Source: a bacterium
GTDB taxonomy: Bacteria > UBA10199 > 2-02-FULL-50-16 > JAJFLM01
Length of the DNA: 64,000 nucleotides
Direction: 5' to 3'
Assembly (NCBI GenBank): GCA_965216315.1
Contig: CBDCFN010000016.1
Location: forward strand, 1,728,001 to 1,792,000
Shown here: positions 58,966 through 64,000 of the stretch, piece by piece
How the letters are laid out: each line of letters opens with the position of its first letter
Position numbering within the stretch: position 1 is the stretch's first letter
The notes under the pieces: model-generated
Databases searched by the model: none
Told to the model about the DNA's origin: nothing
The model's input: the letters and a program-made list of their open reading frames with translations, nothing else
Program-made: the position numbers and the translations under genes

Positions 58966-59145
58966 GCTTAACTAGTGTTATCTCTTTTTAGCTTTCGGGT
59001 TAATCTTATACTAAAATAGCAATTAAATTAAGTAAAATTATACGACAATTACTGCATTGCGTCATAGCTTTTATTTTGCGCTCATTTCGTTCGGTAAAGT
59101 GAGAAATTGCGATTCGCAGGAAAAAGCTCTCGCTGATGAACGCCT

Positions 59146-59607
59146 TTAAAGACCCTTAACTTCGCATATCATATCAATCTCGACAGGCGCGCCCATGGGG
59201 AGCTCGACGACACCAACGGCGGCGCGGGCGTGCTTGCCAGCAGGGCCAAAGACCTCGACGAGCAGTTCACTCGCGGCATCGAGAACTTTATGCTGTTCGC
59301 GAAAACCGACGCCACTGGTAACATAACCGGTGATTTTGACAACGCGCGTCACTTTATCGAGCTTGCCAATCTCACTCTTTAAGGCAGCGAGGCAGTTGAT
59401 AATGCAGAGGCGCGCGGCCCGTCGGCCCGCCTCAAGAGTCAATTCGCGGCCTACCCGTCCCACATAGGCAATGCGCCCTTCTGATTTGGGTAACTGACCG
59501 CTGATATGAACAAAGCGGCCTGACTTGACCGCCGGTTTGTAATTCCCGAGGGCCTCGACTTCGGGTAAATCAATCTGAAGTTCTTGGATCCGCTTATCAA
59601 AACTCAT
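59146..59607 (-). CDS. RidA/YjgF family protein
   Basis: NYKPAV..G..HISGQLP, SELLVEVFG..GKHARAAVGV..LP..APVEID; start at MSFDKRI. Confidence 0.92.
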   Translation of the reverse strand: MSFDKRIQELQIDLPEVEALGNYKPAVKSGRFVHISGQLPKSEGRIAYVGRVGRELTLEAGRRAARLCIINCLAALKSEIGKLDKVTRVVKITGYVTSGVGFREQHKVLDAASELLVEVFGPAGKHARAAVGVVELPMGAPVEIDMICEVKGL

Positions 59608-60332
59608 TTGGTCTTCTTTGCAAAGATGATGATCGCCAACGGTTCGCGGCGGTGTTTTTGGTACCAATTCTTATCTTCATCTGTTTCCATTAACTTGCGC
59701 ATCCCGCCATCGACAAAGATCTCGCGTATTTCAGTCGCCATAAGCCCTACTTTACTGAAAGCCCTAAAATACTTTTCCAATCCAATCCCTTCGGCCTCGT
59801 CAACGGCAGGACGCTGACGTACGGCCTCGAGAACCGCCTTACTATAGGGATGCCAGTCAATAATCGCCGCCCCCCCACCGGGCTCGATGATACGGCCCAA
59901 TTCCTGAATCAAACGGGATGTCGGAGCCGAGGGGATCGTCGGAGCGGACATAAGCGCCCAGCGACAACACCATTCTTTTAAGGGCAAACGATCCGCCATG
60001 GTTTTAAACCGCAGCTCGGTTTCATTAGGACTTCGTTGGGTACGAACTCGCCCCATATAACCAACTAAGACCTTGCCCGCACCCTTTTCTCTAAAGCTGG
60101 CGGTCAGCGGCGACCCGGTAAAAAGCAAGTGGGCGACAAACTTACCTGCAAAATCATCAGGTAAACGCGGTACAACCTCGCGCAATTGAATAACTTCAAA
60201 AAGCTCTCGCGATTTTGGTACTGAAAGACCGCCGGCAACCGAACGCGTTTCGGTAATTTCAGGCGCCTCGGGAATAGGTTTTGCCCTGGTAGCCGCCTTG
60301 GTTTCCTTTTTTCCAAATGGCCAGAGTCCCAT
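59604..60332 (-). CDS. Hypothetical protein, degenerate class I methyltransferase-like fold
   Basis: DRLPL..; IQELGRIIEPGG..IIDWHP resembles post-motif-I methyltransferase elements, but no Gly-rich SAM loop is visible. Confidence 0.55.
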   Translation of the reverse strand: MGLWPFGKKETKAATRAKPIPEAPEITETRSVAGGLSVPKSRELFEVIQLREVVPRLPDDFAGKFVAHLLFTGSPLTASFREKGAGKVLVGYMGRVRTQRSPNETELRFKTMADRLPLKEWCCRWALMSAPTIPSAPTSRLIQELGRIIEPGGGAAIIDWHPYSKAVLEAVRQRPAVDEAEGIGLEKYFRAFSKVGLMATEIREIFVDGGMRKLMETDEDKNWYQKHRREPLAIIIFAKKTK

Positions 60333-60401
60333 TGTGCCGCCGACCTTACCGGAAAGCCTTTGACGGCACAACTCATTAACGCCCTGCAACACAGCCTCTA
60401 C

Positions 60402-60430
60402 TTGACGTGCCGAAAGCAGACAGATATTGT
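60402..60430 (+). promoter_or_regulatory. Sigma-70 promoter of pepA
   Basis: TTGACG-N17-TATTGT; ATG 9 nt after the -10 box. Confidence 0.6.
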
Positions 60431-60439
60431 CTCTGTTTC

Positions 60440-61927
60440 ATGAACTTTAAACTCTCCACTACCAAGATCGAACAAAGCTCCGCTGCGTTGCTTGTTGTTG
60501 GCTCCGATGCCGCCGCTCCAAAGACCGGCTCTTCACTCGACCGTATCGACAAAAAATTGGGGGGTTCGCTCCGCAAAATTTTAAAAAACGAGGGGTTTAA
60601 GGGGAAAAATAGCGAATCTAAATTTGTTCATAGTCACGGCCCTTTAAAAGCTAATGCGGTTCTCGTCATTGGGTTGACCTACAAAGATGATGGCGACCTG
60701 CCGATGCATCCGCTCGAACAGCTCCGTCAGGCTGCCGCTGCTGCCGCACGACTCGCCAATCAAAAGAAATGTAAATCGGTCGCTTTTGACCTGAGTGCCT
60801 GGTCGGATCGCACTATTGATGAGGCGGATCAGGTTCAGGCCGTCGTGGAAGGCATGGAACTCGCGGTTTACCGATTTGAAAAGTATCTGAAATCTCAAAA
60901 GGTCGCCGTTCAATCAGTTGACATCTTTGGAGCTCACTCCAATACGGCCAATCGTCAAGCTATTACGCGGGGGCAAGCAATCGCAGAGGGGACAAAACTT
61001 GCACGCGATCTGGTCAATACCCCGGCCTGCGACATGACGCCTAAACGCATTGCCCAGGAGTCGCGGCGTATCAGAGGCATTAATTGCCGCGTATACAATC
61101 GATCTGAAATTGCGCGGCTTAAAATGAATTCTTTTCTTTCTGTTTCCTTGGGAAGTGAACAACCACCGGCACTCATTCATATGACCTATCGTCCGCGCAG
61201 CCGGACGAAGAAATCGATTGCTATCGTAGGCAAAGGCGTCACGTTTGACAGCGGGGGTCTTTCCATTAAACCAGCCGTTTCAATGGAGACGATGAAAGAT
61301 GACATGGCTGGTGCGGCCGCCGTCGTGGGTCTCATGGCGACGTTGTCCAAATTGAAACCGGACTGCACAGTCCATGGGATTATCGCCGCCACCGAAAATA
61401 TGCCCTCGGGGAATGCCGTCAAACCCGGCGACGTTGTTAGGGCGATGAATGGCAAAACGATTGAAGTTCTTAACACGGACGCCGAGGGACGCCTCACGCT
61501 GGCGGACGCTATTCATTTTGTGCTCCAGAAAAAACCGGACCTTGTCATTGATATGGCCACCCTTACGGGAGCGTGTCTTGTCGCTTTAGGTGAGCGCGTC
61601 TCCGGTATCATGGGTAATGATGATGAGTTAATCGACAGTCTCATTGAAACAGGTGATGCCGCGGGAGAGCTCATGTGGCAATTACCCCTCATCAACGAAT
61701 ATGCCGACCAGATTAAAAGTTCGATTGCGGATGTAAAAAATATTGGCGGACGTTGGGGCGGCACCATCACCGCAGGTCTTTTTCTCAAACAATTTGTCGA
61801 TGATACCCCCTGGGCCCATATCGACATCGCCGGGCCTTCTTGGACCGACAAACCGCTGCCCTATGCCCCGCGGGGTGGGACCGGTTGTCTCGTCAACACC
61901 CTCACCCGCTTCATCCTAGATTACTGA
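60440..61927 (+). CDS. pepA: Leucyl aminopeptidase (M17)
   Basis: VGKGVTFDSGG, MKDDMAGAA, NTDAEGRLTLAD, DMATLTGA, WAHIDIAG. Confidence 0.95.
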   Translation: MNFKLSTTKIEQSSAALLVVGSDAAAPKTGSSLDRIDKKLGGSLRKILKNEGFKGKNSESKFVHSHGPLKANAVLVIGLTYKDDGDLPMHPLEQLRQAAAAAARLANQKKCKSVAFDLSAWSDRTIDEADQVQAVVEGMELAVYRFEKYLKSQKVAVQSVDIFGAHSNTANRQAITRGQAIAEGTKLARDLVNTPACDMTPKRIAQESRRIRGINCRVYNRSEIARLKMNSFLSVSLGSEQPPALIHMTYRPRSRTKKSIAIVGKGVTFDSGGLSIKPAVSMETMKDDMAGAAAVVGLMATLSKLKPDCTVHGIIAATENMPSGNAVKPGDVVRAMNGKTIEVLNTDAEGRLTLADAIHFVLQKKPDLVIDMATLTGACLVALGERVSGIMGNDDELIDSLIETGDAAGELMWQLPLINEYADQIKSSIADVKNIGGRWGGTITAGLFLKQFVDDTPWAHIDIAGPSWTDKPLPYAPRGGTGCLVNTLTRFILDY

Positions 61928-62176
61928 CCGCACTTCGAGAATGACACATCTGCGGTGTTGAGTTCACTGCAAATTATTACCGGCTCTCAAATCAAGTGAA
62001 ATAGCACCTCTGCCGATTGTGCAGCCAAAAAACCCTTGAGCCACAAGGCTTTCGCAAGATGGGCCTGAACGGTTTTTTTTGACACAGCGCATCCCTACCC
62101 AACTCCCTGATTTCATAAAAGCATTGCCATTCTTGCCCGAGATCCTTCGACACGCCACGTCATTTACCAACACGGC

Positions 62177-62229
62177 TTGACACACTACATATTGTGGCTC
62201 TAAATGGCGCATACCACAATATGATGTAT
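62177..62229 (+). promoter_or_regulatory. Tandem NrdR boxes overlapping the nrdJ promoter
   Basis: ACACTACATATTGTGG (62182-62197) and CCACAATATGATGTAT (62214-62229), 32 nt apart, matching acaCwAtATaTwGtgt; TTGACA at 62177. Confidence 0.8.
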
Positions 62230-62292
62230 CAACAGCTTATCGACAGGCTGTAAACAAGTTATAATATAAACATTAATCTGAGGGGGTTTTTC

Positions 62293-64000
62293 ATGGGCAA
62301 TACGGCGATCGCACGGACAAAAGTCACTAAAGCAGGGAGCACAGCGCGCAAAAAGACCCAACCCAAACTTAAACGCGCGGGCCTGGCGATCTCACGCCAT
62401 TTCACCGTCGAGGGACAGGATCCCCTCGATCAAGTGACGTGGACCCAACGGGATGCGGTCATTACGGAACCCGATGGGACGGTTGTCTTCGAACTCAAAG
62501 ACGCCGAAATCCCTGAGAGCTGGTCCCAGCTGGCGACGGATATCGCGACAGCCAAGTACTTCCGCAAAGCCGGAGTTCCTGACGCCAGTCGCGGAGCTCC
62601 TGGCACCTCGGGCGTCGGAGACGCTGAACCGACGGGACGTGAGACCAGCGTTCGCCAGCTAGTCTATCGCGTAGCCCATACCCTGCGCGTCTCCGGCGAA
62701 GACCAAGGTTACTTTGATGGAGCCGAATCCGCTCAGGCCTTCGAAGATGAATTGACCCATCTCCTCGTGAATCAAATGGGCGCCTTTAATTCACCGGTCT
62801 GGTTTAACTGCGGGCTCTATCACCAATATGGAATCGTCGGCTCGGCAGGCAATTGGTATTGGGATACCAAGAAAGGGGCGCTCACGCCGCTCGACAACTC
62901 CTATGCGCAACCGCAATGCTCGGCCTGTTTTATTCAGAATGTCGATGACGATCTGATGAGTCTGTTTGATCTCGCCAAGAACGAGGCGCGGCTCTTCAAA
63001 TATGGTTCCGGAACCGGAACCAATTTTTCGTCGATTCGTGGACGTCAGGAAAAACTCTCCGGTGGTGGCACCTCATCGGGACTGATGAGTTTCCTCGAAG
63101 TCCTCGATAAAGGGGCCGGAGCCACGAAGTCGGGTGGAACCACGCGCCGCGCAGCCAAGATGGTCTGCCTCGATATGGACCACCCCGAAATTGCTGACTT
63201 CATTACTTGGAAAGAAAAAGAAGAAGACAAGGCCAAGCATCTCATCGCCGCCGGTTATGATGCGGACTTCAACGGCGAGGCCTATCACACCGTATCCGGA
63301 CAAAACTCGAATAATTCGGTCCGTATTACCGACGAGTTTATGGAGGCCTATCTCAATGACGGCGAATGGCAAACAACCATGCGCACCACTGGTGAAGTCT
63401 GCGACACTTACAAGGCCCGCGACTTGATGAAGATGATCGCCCGCGCCGCCTGGTCTTGTGCCGACCCCGGAGTACAATACGACACGACGATTAATGATTG
63501 GCATACCTGTGCGGCGACCGACCGTATTCATGCCTCCAATCCCTGTTCCGAATATATGTTCTTGGATGATTCGGCCTGCAACCTCGCCTCGCTCAACTTG
63601 ATGAAGTTCCGGCGTGCAGACGGTAGTTTCGATGTCGAGGCGTACAGGCACGCCAATCGCGTCTTTATTACGGCTCAAGAGATCATCGTCGACTTTGCCT
63701 CCTATCCGACTAGGACGATTGCACAAAACAGTCACGACTATCGCCCTTTAGGAATCGGTTATGCCAACCTGGGCACGCTGCTCATGACCAATGGCATCCC
63801 TTATGATTCCGACAAGGGACGCGCCTGGGCCGGCGCCATTACCGCCATTATGACAGGCGAATCGTATGCGACCTCCGCCGAAATCGCCGGGGTCACCGGA
63901 CCTTTTCCGGGATTCAAACCCAACCGCGAATCGATGCTCAGGGTCATGAACAAGCACCGTGATGCGGTCCAAGATATTGATGCCCGTTATTGCCCCCAAG
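62293..64000 (+). CDS. nrdJ: Adenosylcobalamin-dependent (class II) ribonucleotide reductase, 3'-truncated; absent from the ORF track
   Basis: Manual translation: WSQLATDI..KYFRKAGVP, FNSPVWFNCG, PQCSACFI, KSGGTTRRAAKM, NPCSEYMFLDDSACNLASLN, RPLGIGYANLG. Confidence 0.95.
   Translation, partial: MGNTAIARTKVTKAGSTARKKTQPKLKRAGLAISRHFTVEGQDPLDQVTWTQRDAVITEPDGTVVFELKDAEIPESWSQLATDIATAKYFRKAGVPDASRGAPGTSGVGDAEPTGRETSVRQLVYRVAHTLRVSGEDQGYFDGAESAQAFEDELTHLLVNQMGAFNSPVWFNCGLYHQYGIVGSAGNWYWDTKKGALTPLDNSYAQPQCSACFIQNVDDDLMSLFDLAKNEARLFKYGSGTGTNFSSIRGRQEKLSGGGTSSGLMSFLEVLDKGAGATKSGGTTRRAAKMVCLDMDHPEIADFITWKEKEEDKAKHLIAAGYDADFNGEAYHTVSGQNSNNSVRITDEFMEAYLNDGEWQTTMRTTGEVCDTYKARDLMKMIARAAWSCADPGVQYDTTINDWHTCAATDRIHASNPCSEYMFLDDSACNLASLNLMKFRRADGSFDVEAYRHANRVFITAQEIIVDFASYPTRTIAQNSHDYRPLGIGYANLGTLLMTNGIPYDSDKGRAWAGAITAIMTGESYATSAEIAGVTGPFPGFKPNRESMLRVMNKHRDAVQDIDARYCPQ

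Noticed and set aside
61930..62290. Cobalamin riboswitch upstream of nrdJ
   Set aside because: I could not find B12-box or core motifs; the region is explained by the promoter and NrdR boxes.

Overview
A chromosomal window from a Gram-negative bacterium. A deltaproteobacterial lineage (Myxococcota/Bdellovibrionota-like) is inferred from the cysteine-rich lipoproteins, pilin type and class II RNR; it is not proven. Most of the window is housekeeping: etfAB with a FadR-like TetR regulator, pcrA/uvrD, glmU-glmS, mgtE, mutY, cstA, gltBD, a cysteine desulfurase, rluB, pepA and the 5' part of nrdJ with NrdR boxes. I see no rRNA, tRNA, CRISPR array, transposase or integrase. The main accessory region is a ~12 kb minus-strand cluster (9916-22171) of five uncharacterised envelope proteins: two ~1400-aa Cys-rich proteins, two smaller lipoproteins and a signal-less protein with a barrel-like segment. 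It lies divergent from a pilin that lacks the normal cleavage site. The strongest unannotated signal is a DNA motif, RCAACWWH-N11-RHCGATAV, found five times with identical spacing: upstream of three genes of that cluster, a tandem pair of atypical patatins, and a macrodomain gene. Its geometry matches sigma-28 (FliA-family) promoters with a variant -35 box, which suggests a co-regulated surface/effector regulon. All family calls come from motif recognition by eye; no database searches were run.
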